64,000 bases of DNA from Bugula neritina (lineage: Eukaryota > Animalia > Bryozoa): contig OZ037766.1 of the NCBI GenBank assembly GCA_964035545.1, forward strand, positions 12,204,722 through 12,268,721, in the 5' to 3' direction. The notes under the pieces are model-generated. The model saw only the letters and a program-made list of their open reading frames with translations, did no database searches and had not been told where the DNA came from. A program made the translations under genes and the position numbers. This document shows positions 12,601 through 29,191 of the stretch, one piece after another (position 1 is the stretch's first letter; each line of letters opens with the position of its first letter).

Positions 12601-15189
12601 GAAGATATTCACAAGGCCATGGGGCAGCTGTCTTGGGAAATGCTGCCAGAAGGTTATACTCATTATATACTAATTGTGGTGTATGCGTGTAGTACTGTAA
12701 GGCTTAGGGTGTATCTGGTAACAGCTATGTTTTTATGGCGCATCTTTTTAAAATCGTATATTGATTTATTTCTGGTGTAATATAAATCATACTCATAGTT
12801 AACCAAAATAGCACTGCTAAGTACCTCAATAATAATAGAAGGGATGTTGGGCATGTGTAATTTGTTTAATTTGTAAATTTTAGTCCTAATATTTGTTGTA
12901 AGTTTGTCAGAATTTAAAAAATGTGTTTCTGACACTTCTATTGCAGATCAAGGCTCCAACACTGTGCAAACTCGCACATTTGTAGACGAAAACAGCTCTA
13001 AAAATGGAGGAAAATCTCTAGTGACTGAGACTGTGACAGTGTATTCTAGCGATGGTAATTCTTTCAGTATACATCTTCATACAGCGTCATACATTGTATT
13101 TTAACTCGTATGGCTGCTTTGTTTGTACCTTTGGATTAAAATTTGATCATATCTTCACTATTGACAAAACCTGGAATTTTTAGCCCTTGTAAAATACATT
13201 CTTCTACTTGTACATAAAAGTAGCCATAAAAGAAGTACATAAGATAAATAAGAATAGTAAAGTAGCTGCATAATACATGATAAAAATAAAGCAAAAAAGG
13301 ATACTCTGACAGCCAAAATTCTAACATATTTCTTAGAGTAATAACTGACACACAAACTTTGGAAATAAATTTCTGGTTTAATAATATATTAATTTGCAAT
13401 TGATAATTAATTTTTTTGCTTCTAAAAAATAATAGATAGTTCAACTTCAACTTTATTCCATAATTTAATTGAGCATTTTAGATCAAATGTATTAATAAAT
13501 ATAAATAAATAAATATAAATGACCTAACAACTTGAATTTTCCTGACATTGCTATTCAGAAATGTTTTAAAAGGCACACCAATATGTAGTAAAAGTGTGCA
13601 AACTACCTCCTTGTAAATTCTAGTGTGCTTTGGATAGACCTACTTGATTCGTATGAACATTTATTTAGAAGAAAAGTTCATCTATATTACAAAGAATATA
13701 ACACATGAAAACATTCACCGAATTTGTCACACTGGGTGTAGTTGCTTACAATATTGACTCGTGTTAATTTTTCAGCATTTTTGTAAGATGCTCATTATCT
13801 TAAATTTCTCAAATCTAGCCAGGGTTACCAAAGTTTACATGTTCAATATGATTATAAAGGGGTCATTACCTGGCACAAATATGTGTATATAATGTCTTTT
13901 CTACATAAATAAATCATAAGTGATTAGTAACTTGTTGTATTGTTCTTATTGTAGAAGCAATCAAATGAAGCAAAACCAACTCTTGCTGCATGTTTAACTA
14001 CTAAAACTTTTATCTCTTGCATTTTCTCTGCACATATTTAATAGATCTGCCTGTCAAGAATATCATAGTACTTAGTTTTAGTTTTAAAGTGTTTGTGTGT
14101 GTCTTGGTGAGCTGACAGTGATGAAATTTGGAAATTTGGCTTTGTTTTTGCACATGGAACGTTTGCTCCAGAGTGTATTAAAATGATGGCATGTTTTTTT
14201 GTAATTTGCACAGCTGGCACTGCTTTTTATTTTTTTACCTTTCAAGTAAATTTCCATCAACTATACACTGTTAATAATAGCATTGAAACTTATATAAGTA
14301 ATCAACATACTTGATTTATCCATTGTATATAATATCAGATATAATTTATAAAACAGGTACTAACAAGTTTGCCTCGCAGAAGGGGATGAGCATGGGCGCT
14401 GTCCGCCATGTTGCGGATATTCGCGCTGACGAGATGAATCAGGACGGACAGGGAGTCATCACATTGCAATCAGGTGATGATCTTTATTTCCACTGTTTGT
14501 TTCTCACTTGATCCAGCAGCAACTTCCAACTTTAAATTAGTATTGCGCTTCGTGTTATGGCCTGTTCACACTACAGTTTAATAGCAGCTATGAATGCTCA
14601 CTTTCAGTTGTAGTGTAAACAGGCCATTATTCAGTCTTGCAAATTGTAAGTAAGATAACCAAGGCTGCTTCAAAATCATTGATAGAATAATATGTACAGT
14701 ATATCTACAGCCGTCATAGCATCGGCATTTTATGGGTAATTTTAATTATTTTTTTATATCCTGTCTCTTTACAACATTATTTTCTACATTTTGCATTCAT
14801 TACATCACAATCGTCATGCCTGATTATTAGCTAATAATCTCCAAGTGTATACATCAAGTATGAGCAAAAAGACATAGCAATGCAGAATATTTTACTGCGC
14901 AATCTATCACTATAATATGTAAGGGTATTCAATTGTTATGACTTATTGATTTTTTTAATTTTCAGGCACCAACAAATTTGCTTCACAAAAAGGCATGTCT
15001 ATGGGTGCTGTGCGTCATGTAGCCGATATTCGCGCAGACGATATGAATCAGGAAGGTCAAGGTGACATAGGGCTTCAAGCTGGCACTAACAAGTTTGCTT
15101 CTCAGTCCGGAATGAGTTTTGGAAAAGGAAGAGGTGTTAGTGATATTAAAATTAGCAAAGTCACTGATGAGCAAGATATGATGTACTAA
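1..15189 (+). CDS. Giant calponin-repeat (CLIK/UNC-87-like) actin-binding protein, 5' end outside window, multi-exon
   Basis: Repeated motif QxGTNKFASQKGMxxGxxRH (calponin family repeat) with 39-aa period. Exons with AG/GT boundaries, all introns phase 1: <1-3678, 4756-5691 (8x117 nt), 5851-5967, 6076-6192, 6381-6497, 6990-7106, 7881-7997, 8115-8231, 8430-8546, 8763-8879, 9247-9363 (each 117 nt), non-repeat exons 9930-10040, 10302-10439, 10864-10929, 11447-12652, 12947-13054, then 14357-14473 and 14966-15189 (TAA). AATAAA near 15600. Confidence 0.9.
10945..11121. repeat. 26-bp intronic minisatellite (cactatagttatagctaagtagtaca), about 6-7 copies
   Basis: Directly visible, starts about 15 nt after the donor at 10930. 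Confidence 0.9.
11722..12093 (+). repeat. Coding 39-bp minisatellite (TYQQPGNMQLQHT), about 9.5 copies
   Basis: Directly visible within exon 11447-12652. Confidence 0.95.
14558..14626. mobile_element. Very small (69 bp) PIF/Harbinger-type MITE
   Basis: 18-bp TIR TGGCCTGTT(C/T)ACACTACA with 1 mismatch, TTA on both flanks. Confidence 0.7.
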
Positions 15190-15599
15190 ACCCGGATCAA
15201 GCATTTCCCGCTATTCCTTTTTGTTTCTCACTGGACTCGTAGCTTCATACTAAACAGATTTATGACTTTCAAGTTACACCAAACTCTAGATTTGAGTCAA
15301 CTGTAGAAAGCTACTTATGAATATGAAACTTTCCTTAAAACATCCACAAATTTTCGACATTTAATTGGCTATAGGAGATAACAAAGTAGTATTTTGTTTA
15401 AAGTGATAACAAAACTGAATATGGCTTTATTTTAGTGAGAATATTCAAAAACTTTTCAAATTATATGTTGCACTTATTTATGCATTGTTTTAAGGACTTT
15501 TATGCTGCTTGAGTTATAATTGATTGATATACAGCACGCTGACTTTGTCTTCAGGTGCTACTTTCTTTAGTTTGTCAATAATGGTCTGTCTGAGTGTGC

Positions 15600-15610
15600 A
15601 ATAAAATAAA
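15600..15610 (+). promoter_or_regulatory. Polyadenylation signals of the calponin-repeat gene
   Basis: Overlapping AATAAA hexamers about 410 nt after the TAA stop. Confidence 0.5.
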
Positions 15611-17893
15611 CTAATAAAAACAAAATATCAAAGACGGTGATGTGTTGTGTGAACCATTTCATTAGACTTTAATATTTAGGATTGAATCTGATGATGAAAA
15701 TATCTCAATCTCAATATATTGTGCTGAGAGCAAGCATAGTTGTTTACTTGGACAAACACTGATCTACAAGTGCATATAATTCATGTCATTCTCTTTAAAC
15801 AGACAAGCACATTTTCTTTAATCTGCAAACTAATTCACTAAATCCATAAGCAAGATAGCCATTAATCATGTAGGAAATTATACCTGCACAACTACTGGTG
15901 TTAAATTTAAGAAAAGTTAGCAAAATTGTCGTTGCATAAGATAATGATTAACTAAAATATAGAGTTAAACTTTGGATATAACAGTTTGGCATTTATATTT
16001 GACATGTAACTGCTTAAATGGAAAACTTCTCTTTTATTTTTGCTTAGGTTACAGATTTTTGTTTCAAATAATTCATTTTTTGAACTTCCGTGATCATTTA
16101 TGACAAGACTATGAGTTTGGAAACCTCAATACAGAATTGGTTTGATCAAAAAGTTTGGTTTTAAGTTAAATAATTTATAACTTGTTTTTATAATTATAAA
16201 TGTATGTTATTGGTCTGTTATCGTAATGAACATATAATATAATTACAATAACATATATGTTAATGATTAGTAGGTATAGCCTTTAAAAAAAAACCAAAAT
16301 GAATTTTATAAAGTATCGCATATTACTTATATGAAATGATGTAATTTCTTCTAAAACTATGAATTAGTAGCTAATTATCTCATTTCAAAATGCAATAATT
16401 AACAAGTTAAACAAAAATAATATACCTAAGTTATCAGGGGTATTGCATTTAGGTGCAGTAATAAAAAATTGAAATAGTGTTGTATCACAATTTTAATGTT
16501 ATTAGTAAATAGACTATAAATTAAAACAAATTGGCCACAGTACATTGTATGTGTTGCCTGTGTGGTTATGAATAATAATATATAGAGAGAATGAAAAAGA
16601 GCCTGAAATATTAAGTGAATAAATAAATTAAGAATATTTTCAGGTATATCAGTGAGCACTCTACCCAAAGGCTAAGACTGTCTAGTACCACCAGACTAAC
16701 ACCTTAATCCAAAAGTCTTATTTTCCCTCCTGTTTAAGGTAGAGGCTATTCTAATGCTCTCAATTTATGCTCAGAAATTCGGACTTCTGTGATTGAGTAG
16801 TTTAACGATGCTCCATAAATTTAAACCCTTTAGCATTGTGCAAAGCTTATAACTTTTGGAATTATAGTCGAGCACTCTAGCTTGAGCTTACATACCTTTG
16901 AAATGCAATTTGGTTAAAAACTTGCTTCTTTCATGCTAGCTAGCTTGCTCGACGAGTGTCTTAAATTCACCTCACCTAAAGATATGCTTATATTAATTTG
17001 TTAGATTTGAAACAACTTTTTTAGGCCTATTGTTAGTTTTTATGGCACTGAAATCTGATTACATTTTAAAGTTTGCTACAAAATGATGTGTGTTTTACTC
17101 AGTTTACTTTAGACCTCAGCATAAATATAATATCAATAATAATACATTTTCTATCAGGGGTAACTTTTATAGACTACTAATTTCATATAATGGGAAATGA
17201 CAGACAAAAGGCATATAAGGCAGAATTCAATGGTTTCGCATGTAATAGCTGTGACCTTCAAACATGTAACATAATAGTATATAATAATAACATAATATTA
17301 TGATAAAATATGATACATGATAGTTTAATATCTATATATCAATACAATTGAATATAATAAATTTCAAAGGTATTGGATTGGGATTTATAGGACTAATTAC
17401 CTTATAGGAAGCTATTATATTGGCAAACTATACAATTTTTGGTGTATATTCTTGAAAAATAGTTATTTATATATAAAAAAAATCTCATTTAAATATATAT
17501 CCTATTAGGGCTCAGAATTTTACAGCAAATTCAACATATTTTTAATAAAATACACTTCTCTTTATGAGTGGCAATAAGCAACAAAACTTTTAGAGAACAC
17601 AACTTCTCAGTTAATATAAAAAAGCAATATCATAAACAATTGCAACAACCATTGTATTGTAAGCAGTAAAGTTTACAAAAATATGTGTAGAGGTTAATTG
17701 CAACAATAAGACAGTAAATTTCCTAATAATTATAACGTTGTACATTCTTCCCAACAATCAAACCATTGCCATAATTAATAGATTATTTAAATTAAACAAA
17801 ATGGAGGTACTAAGCGATATTATTTATTTTAGTATTCATTTATTGCAAACGATATGCATATTTTTACTGCCTTTTTGCATCTACTGCTTGATT

Positions 17894-19909
17894 ATGAAGA
17901 TGGGCGCTGTAGAGATCTTTGAGAACTTGTAAGTTGGTTTCAGTATTTTGTGAAATAATTTAACTCAATAGGTTTTATTGACCATATGTAATTAGATTAT
18001 TTTAAAAAACAACTTAGTTCTAGTAGATAGATGCAACAAACTAGTATGATGCATTGGGATGAAAACTTTGCATAATCCTTGGCGGCACTAAGGAGGGCAA
18101 CACTGAGGGAATTGTTTTCAGTATTTTTAAACCTCCTAAGTTTAAGTCATATACCTTTAGTATTTCACAGTTTTTTAAGCACATCTTTTCATAAAACTCA
18201 TCTTTAAGCTTAAATACCTCCATTCCTGTGAGAAGCCTTCATTGTTGGAAGAGTTTATAAGCTGGCTAAACCTCAGATCATGCTGGCTACATGGTCTGAG
18301 GGCTTCTACTGTAGCACAGAAGTAATTGTGACCAGATGCTCTTTCTAACATTACCAATGACTAGGGCATGAACCCCACAATGTGTGTCAACATTATAGGC
18401 CTAAAATATTAGGTTGCAGCTACTTCTGCCATCTATTAATATAATATTTTAGATAGTTTTAAAAGTATAGCCTTTCGCTTCTCTATTTCTGTATGTTTCT
18501 ACTATAAAAAGTTGCTACAGTAAGTGTAGGGCCACACGACGCGTTTTACACGAGCGTGACGTGCGAGAAATCTACGCTAGTGACATGCGACACACAGTGC
18601 GTGTGTTGCGAGTGCAAAAATTTATTAGCAAATGATGTTAGCGTTAAACTTTACTACTCGCCTACAGACATTTGTTTTTAAATTAAACTACGTCATCGGC
18701 AAAGTGATTTGGATATTATAAAAGCGGAGATGCAAACTATATAACATGTTTTAATTCAGCTCGCTAGAAGTTAAATCGTAAACTAAAATAAAAAAATGTG
18801 CTCGCTAAATATTACGTGGCAATAAGCCAATTAGATCAAACTGTGTCACACGAGCGTGTCGCACTTCTCGCTCAGCATGTTAGACGCTTGAAAATCCGCA
18901 CGCAATGTCCAATTTTTGGGCTAAATGGGATTTCTCGCACGTCACGCTCTTGTAAAACGCGCCGTGTGGCTCTACACTAAGCAAACATGTAATATTGTAA
19001 CTTCAGCTAAGCAGATATACGCCAAGTATAAATATTAATTTTTTTTGGAAGGACAAATCATGGATCGGCCAAGATGGCAGGGAAAAAAGTAGTGAAGGAA
19101 AGTCATAAGTTTGAAGAAAGAGAAAAAAATGGGACAGGGGAAGTAAAAGAAGACAAGCTGGCTCCAAAGGTGACGACTGAAGGTAAAGTTGAGGCAGAAG
19201 TACCAAAGGGAGAAAACAAAGCAAAACTAGAAAATAGACTAGTTGAAAACGAAAAAACCATGCAAAGAGAAATTGATGAAATCAAAGAAGTCAAAGATAA
19301 AGATAAAATTTTAGACCTAGAGAAAGATGGATTGGTGAAAGAAGGAAATGAGCGAAATGGCAAAAGAATAATTTTAAAGGTAGAAATTGCTAGTGAGATG
19401 GTAGAGAAAGATCTGCTTGAGATGGGAAAAAATAAAAAAGAGGCTGAAAATATGTAAATAAGAAAGAATTTCCAGAAAAAGCAAACACTGAACAGAAAGA
19501 AATTTGTGGTGACGTGACTCTGGAAGGAGAGTTCAGTAAAATTGTGAAAGGCGAGGACAGTGGTAGAATGACAGAGATAGCCAATGGACCTGAATTGGTA
19601 GAAGGGAACAGAGTCAAAGAAGCTGGAGATGAAATCAAAACTAATGTATATAATGATGGTGAGTTGGGGTGCAAAATAGATGCATAAAACTTATTGCCTT
19701 TGTTTAGCATCTGAAAGTTAAATAGTACCCTGTTGTTATATAATGCTTGACCTGTGTTATAAGAAGTATGAATACTATAAGCAACACTGACAATCCTCTC
19801 TATTGTAGCAGAAAGAGTGGCAATAGAGGTCACTAATGGCAATTCAACAAGACTGAGGAAGTTCTTGCAGAGGGTTTTCCGCTGTTGCCGTGCACCAGAT
19901 GAGGAATGA
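17894..19909 (+). pseudogene. E/K-rich low-complexity protein gene with a frameshift near 19450 (pseudogene, null allele or assembly error)
   Basis: Phase-compatible exons 17894-17928 (TT|GTAAGT), 19052-19658 (G|GTGAGT), 19809-19909 (TGA). ORF stops at 19457 but E/K-rich coding continues in the shifted frame (VNKKEFPEKANTEQKE...) and ends ...RLRKFLQRVFRCCRAPDEE*. Confidence 0.6.
18524..18977. mobile_element. PIF/Harbinger (Tourist-like) MITE
   Basis: About 49-bp TIR (GTGTAGGGCCACACGACGCGTTTTACACGAGCGTGACGTGCGAGAAATC) with 3 mismatches; TAA at 18521-18523 and 18978-18980. Confidence 0.85.
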
Positions 19910-20301
19910 TCAAATTTTTCTGTGGTTTATATATGTGTTTATCTTTTTTGTTAATATATAAATACATATGCAGTATCTTACAGTGTATAATATTATGCTA
20001 ATATTTATTTTAATTGGTGAAACATTAATTCCAATTAAAGAGAACATCCTTTTCTCTATCTGCAATGAATGATAAATTATAGCAATGCTTAGTTTTCCAT
20101 GTCTCTACTTTTAACCCAAGACCCATACAATAACACGCTGTGTTATAGTAAACAAGATGATATTCTAAACCCTCATAACAAAGTAGTATAAAGCATGTAT
20201 AAACAAAACACTTTAAATAAAAAACATTAGATTTATTTCTTATGAAGTATAGAAATAACTGCATATAAGACAACATAAAACATTATGACACACCAGCAGC
20301 T

Positions 20302-20306
<5 letters not shown>

Positions 20307-20352
<46 letters not shown>
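20307..20352. repeat. (TA)n microsatellite
   Basis: Direct. Confidence 0.95.
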
Positions 20353-20358
<6 letters not shown>

Positions 20359-21559
20359 TTATGTTGTTAAACAAAGAGTTTTACATAAATATCTCACTTT
20401 TTATTATTCTAATAGTCATGGGTGACTAAATGATAAATAGAAATAATTGTAGGCTAAATCTTCTATGACTATGACCAGTAGCTGTGAATTACCTCTGTTT
20501 CACTTTGTTAACACAATTCACAGGCTATGTACTAGTGAGATATAGCCTGTTGTCCCTGCATTGGTATTGTTGTCTTGATTTAGGGATCTTCCAGTATAAT
20601 AAAAAGTATACTGGGTAGAGGAAGAAGATCTGGTACTGTCACCTTTGTCTTTCAGATTACCTGCAGAAATGTTATGCAAAATCCTTAACTGCAGAAATGT
20701 TATTAATAGAATATGTTACATGATTGAAGTTATTCTATTTAAATGGTGCATTTTATCACAAACACAACTGTACATTATTCTAGTCTTACTACATAATATG
20801 AAACTACAGAAAATTTCTTAGTAAGACCTGGCATTTATCAATTAAATGCTAAATTTAAGGCTGTATTCAATATAATGCATGATCATAATGAGAATTTACA
20901 CTAAATGCTGTCAAGTTCGTGCATATCATTGCACATTATATCGTAGGTATCATAGTATATCAAATTTATTGTATTTACATATCATATCATTCATCATTAT
21001 ATATCATATCATAGCATATTATATATTGTTATATATCACACCATATCAGCTATATTTGTCACAGTTCGTTAGTCTCAGTCACTAAGTTAGTTAGTATAAA
21101 GTATGCAAGTCAAATAGTACTAAATTTACTTCTCAGAAAAATGATGGAGTTTGTCAGCATGGTACTGGAACATTTGAAGGCTCATTCACTTGCTTTTCCT
21201 TCTCCTCCATTATACATATTTATGAGTTCCAATGCCTCCTTTACCTCTAGTATGACTATCATCTCTTGACCTCTAGTACTTGTACAAATTCCACCACTTT
21301 ACCTCTAACATGACTATCGTTTATCTCTTTACCTCCAGTTAGTTTATAATGATCTCAGCTTGTCTTAAATTCACCTCAACTGAAGCTGCTTTTGTTACAC
21401 TTGAAACAATTGTCAAAAAAAAATTTAATTAATTTAAATTGGTTATATTATTGACTTAAACCAAAAGATACCATTAGGACGATGATGGGAGTTGTCTACA
21501 CTTGATAAATGCTAACTATGGTTTGGAGTGACATTCAAATTATTCATGCAGCTTTTTCT

Positions 21560-24520
<2,961 letters not shown>

Positions 24521-24999
24521 GCAATAGGATAGTTCTGATGTTTTTTTAAATAACTGTTTATGAAACGTGGCCTACCTTAATTTCAACCAGTTTTACTCCA
24601 GCTTATAAACTTTATTATAACTGGCATATTAGTATTAGATGTTGCTTTATTTACTATAAATACCCCATATCACTGTGGAGCATCTACTCTGCAAAAAGAT
24701 AAAATGCTTGGTATTTTTTTGATCTGACAATAGAATAGTTTGCTAAAATAAATGTTATGGAACTTGACTTACCTTTGATGCCAACCAGTTTTACTCCAAC
24801 TTATAAACTCCACATACTCAAATTATTAACTCTATTATAACTATTACTAGCATATTAGTATTAAATGTTCGCTTTATTATGCTATGTCACTGTGCAGTTG
24901 GATCTTCTCTGCAAAAGATGAAATGCTGAGTATTTTCTTAATCTGACAGGTACAATGATTAAATTGTCGCCTCTCTGATGATATTTTGATGCCGTAGTG

Positions 25000-27126
25000 C
25001 AGGGATGGGCAAATGTTTTCGAAATGGGGCCAAATCTCAAGATTTAAGGCGTAAGAAGGGCCAGGTTTGTTCGTTGTAAATTCAAGGTGCAGGGCTAACG
25101 GGGGGGGGGGGGGGAGGGGGGCACAATGAGCCAATTTTGAATTTTTCGCTCTCATTTGTCTGTTTTTCAAGTTACTAGTTCAATAATCTCTAGTATAAAT
25201 GCTGCATCTGTTGTCTGTTATAGGTATCAGTTGGTTGTTTCTGTCTCTTTCACAACTTTCAGAATAAGGAAATTTTCATGTCAAAAAATGGCCCAATGTG
25301 CCCCGGTACCGGGTACAATGGACCGCTGGGTGGGACACAACAAATATATTGAAACTTTCCTGATTTGGCTGCGTCTGATCTTTATTTATTTAATATTACA
25401 AATAAATAAAAAATATTCTTTCAGATCTATAGCAAAGATCATGTTTTAGCTGTACAGTTTGTGCCACCACGGATAGCAGGGGGAGGCAAAATCAAACGCA
25501 CATCACTCATTTCTACGTGCCATTATCACTACTGTTTAGAACTAAAAATGTTTTTTCTATTTCCACTTCACAGGACCTTTCATCAGTAACATGTACTAAA
25601 AAATTCCGAGTAGACTTTTTTCTATGAACTGTAGCTCAGGTGCATGGCTGAGGTTTGTGACTGAAATACGGAAGGGGAGAGGGAGGAAATGAGCAAATCG
25701 TAATTTATTTTAGTCAAATACATGTATATTTCCTCAATGATATAATATATAATGAATATCACGACTATCCACTATAGTAGCAACAGCAGAGTGTTTTGTA
25801 TTATGTATAAAATGGCAAAGCTATAACCTCACCAGATGTATATATTAGGGGAGCTTCACTTTGTAGTTTGGTAGTCTTACCATGATATCTTTTGATATTT
25901 TACAAAAAGGTCATAAATGGTTATATCTATAGATTTTAGTAACATTTCATCTAACTCTTGGGGCAAACAAACTAATAACAGTGATCAGGGTGCAATGATC
26001 AGCGTGGCCAATTGTGCCCCATGTGGCCAAGTTGAAAATAAATGTGGCTAAAGGAAAATTTATTTTAGAGTTTGCTGTTTTACTAGTTAAGCAATGTAGA
26101 GACAAGCAATGGCAACAATATCAGTAAAATCTAGGCTTGTTACCTTTCAGTGTAAAAATGTATAGAGCTTCAACGACATCTTCAAAAATTTACAAAAAAG
26201 TAAGTAAAAACAGTTTTTGACTTGCCTCTTCAACATGTATGCTCCGCAAGTGTTGAAACTACAATGGCTGAATAATTATGTCAATACTTTTTTATTAAAA
26301 AAATAACTACAACTCTAAGTTAATAAGTTCTCTCACAATTTGGCCCGCTTTTTGTACCCCTATGGCTGTTGTGCTCCCCCCTCCCCCTTACCTCTACAAT
26401 GCTGCATTACTAAGTGCATATATAAATTGCTTTTTTCCAGTTTTCTGGGCTGAAAGTATAAATTGCAGAATGTAGCTTGTAGATGCGGAATACAAAAAAT
26501 ATGACAGTTTATTAATTTAACAACAAGTTGTATATAGTTTCCTAAGCAAGAAAGCAGCAAATAATATATTGGGTACACTTATAGTACTGAAATTAGTGAG
26601 AAGTATGAAAAACACTTTTGTTAGCCATAATAACACTAATGTCACTGCTAGCAATGGGTTCATGTGTGGCTACTCGAAGCAAATCTTGCAGATGCCCATT
26701 GGTGAGCGTGTTCTATTACTATTTTTATATGGTTCATGCTAGAAAACATGCATTCAAATTTATAAGTATAACCAAATATGCTCAGTACTCTTAGTCCAAG
26801 TTTAGCTATTGAAGGGTACTTCTCACTGGTTACTGGTGAAGTGTAAAAACTAACTGTTGTTGTTGCAGCAAAGTGATAAATTGATCTGTTACAGCATGGA
26901 CATCACATAACTCAAGTTGTAATGCTGCTATAATTGTGCTCACTGAAGCGTGATTATTAGTTTCAGCAGCTATGCATTGGCCAGAATCTTCCCATGAGTC
27001 ATGTTCATGATTGGCCGGTGTTGCTTAGTACACACATTATTAGAATTGCTAGTGATTGGCTGAGGGCCTGATTAAAACAGTAGAAGGGCCTGATGTGGCC
27101 CGCGGGCCGCCATTTGCCCATCCCTG
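25000..27126. mobile_element. Non-autonomous hAT (Charlie-like) DNA transposon derivative, about 2.1 kb
   Basis: TIRs CAGGGATGGGCAAA ... TTTGCCCATCCCTG, subterminal GGCCCGCGGGCCG motif, degenerate 8-bp TSD (ccgtagtg vs c[gg]cgtagtg); no transposase ORF. Confidence 0.75.
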
Positions 27127-28486
27127 CGGCGTAGTGTGATATAATCAACCACGCCCTTTAACCCTTTGCTCGAAGGTGACTTTACAAAAGAAAAGATAAC
27201 TCTACGTATGCAACTAAGGACAAGGTCAAAGTATGCGTATAGTCATCTCGCCTCTAGGAGATTGTTAATAATTATTATCATACATCAACTTTTAAACATA
27301 CAAGTGCATGTAATTAGCTTAAAATTAATGTAAGTGCTAAGTGTTTCGGAGATAGTAACTGTAAAGGCAATCACTATCTTATTCAACTTTTACGGTACAG
27401 AAGCAGTTGATAGTGTGAGTACCTAAGGCTGATTTTCCTCTCTTCCCAGGTTGAGGTTTTAATTTTACTTTTACTTTTACTTTTAGTTTTACTTTTCAAG
27501 TTTTTAAGTTTTTAGTTTTTATAGTTTTAATTTTTATTTTATATTATAACCATAAGATGATGATAATAATGTGGATATTCATTATCATTCTCATTTTTAA
27601 TTCATATTCATATTGACTTTGATATTCACATTCAGTGATTCACTCAATTTGATTTATTAATATTCAATTTCATGTTGATATTCATACTCATACTGATATT
27701 CAATCATATTGTATTAGTATTACTCTATTACTATAAGACTTAGTATTACTATTAGTAATGCTAAATATAATAGTAATACTAATAGTAATACTAGCCTAAT
27801 AGTAGTGCTAGTAGTACTAGTAACACTTACACCTATTACTGTGACCTATGTTTATACTTATAGTTATACTAATACTTTTAGTTTTAGTCAATTTACTAAT
27901 TTTGACTAACTAAGCGACTAAGACATGATTCATTTTATTTAATGATCATAATGATAATCATAATGGTAACCAGGTAATGAAGGTCATTATAATTTGTATT
28001 TCTATTAGGATTAGTATTACTATTAGTATTACTCTATTACTATTAATTTTATCATTGGTATTAATACTAACAGTACTAATTCAGTAAACATAATGCTAAT
28101 TGAATAATGTAGTATTACTATTACTATTAGTTATTTGTATTCACTGAGCAAGAATATCACAGTCACTATCATAGTCATAGTAACTGAGTAACTTAATGCT
28201 TGCTATCAGCTATGTACACTAGGTTGCTAGGTAGTCTATAGACTATCACACTTACAGGGAATATTGCTCCATCAACTTCTCTGCAATCCAGAGGTAGTAT
28301 AACGGAGTCATTTCAGATAGACGTTTCCCAGTTAGACGCTAGGCTTTCCACGGGGAGATATTTATTTATTTTAGTACGATATATGTATTTTGTTTGGGTT
28401 TTGGGAAAGGTCTAACTGGGAAGCGTCTATCTGTAAGTACATATTATAATTGACTTTGTGCTTCATTTGCTGTAAAATTAGCTGAA

Positions 28487-28933
28487 GGTGTCATTCCAGA
28501 TAGACAACTTCCAGTTAGACAACCAAATTCTAATTAGACGTCTCCCCAGTTAGGCGACCCCAAATATTGCTGTCAATTGAATGAATATAATGTAGAAGAA
28601 TGGTCTAAGAAGTATATTGTATTATTTCAAAAAAATTAGGCATCTTATGGATATGGCATCAGTAAACTGTTGGAGCAATAGTTTCAATGAGTCATAATAT
28701 TATGCACATAGCTTCAGTTATACACCTATACATGGTGTCAGTTAGACACCTGTGCACATGGATTCACATGAAACCTAAATAAATACAACTAGTACCAAAT
28801 GCCATTAAATTTAATTTTGTTAATTCTTCATATTTTTTAAAGTCGTCTAAATGGAAGTCGTCCAGTTACAGGTCGTCTAAGAGGACTAGATTAATGGTTG
28901 TCTAACTGGAAGTCGTCTATCTGGACTAAAACC
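28487..28933. mobile_element. Foldback MITE with repeated CCAGTTAGAC motifs
   Basis: About 39-bp imperfect TIR (ggtgtcattccagatagacaacttccagttagacaacca vs reverse complement at 28895-28933); relatives at about 28303-28433, 30050-30478 and 61383-61491. Confidence 0.7.
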
Positions 28934-29191
28934 ATAATTAAATCTGTATTCAGTATTGACTATAACTCTAACTAAGAGTAAGAGTCAGAGTATCGCCATG
29001 ACTGATGCCAATGACATAGTTCAGTATGAATTAGCATTAGTATCAAATAGTAATACTAATTCATACTGAACTATACCTTACTAAACTATCACTAGGAGTA
29101 TAGTCATTGATTCTGACACTATGACTATGGGCTATAAGTGTAACATCAGTATAAGCATTAGTATTATCTATATTAATAGCCATATGCACAT

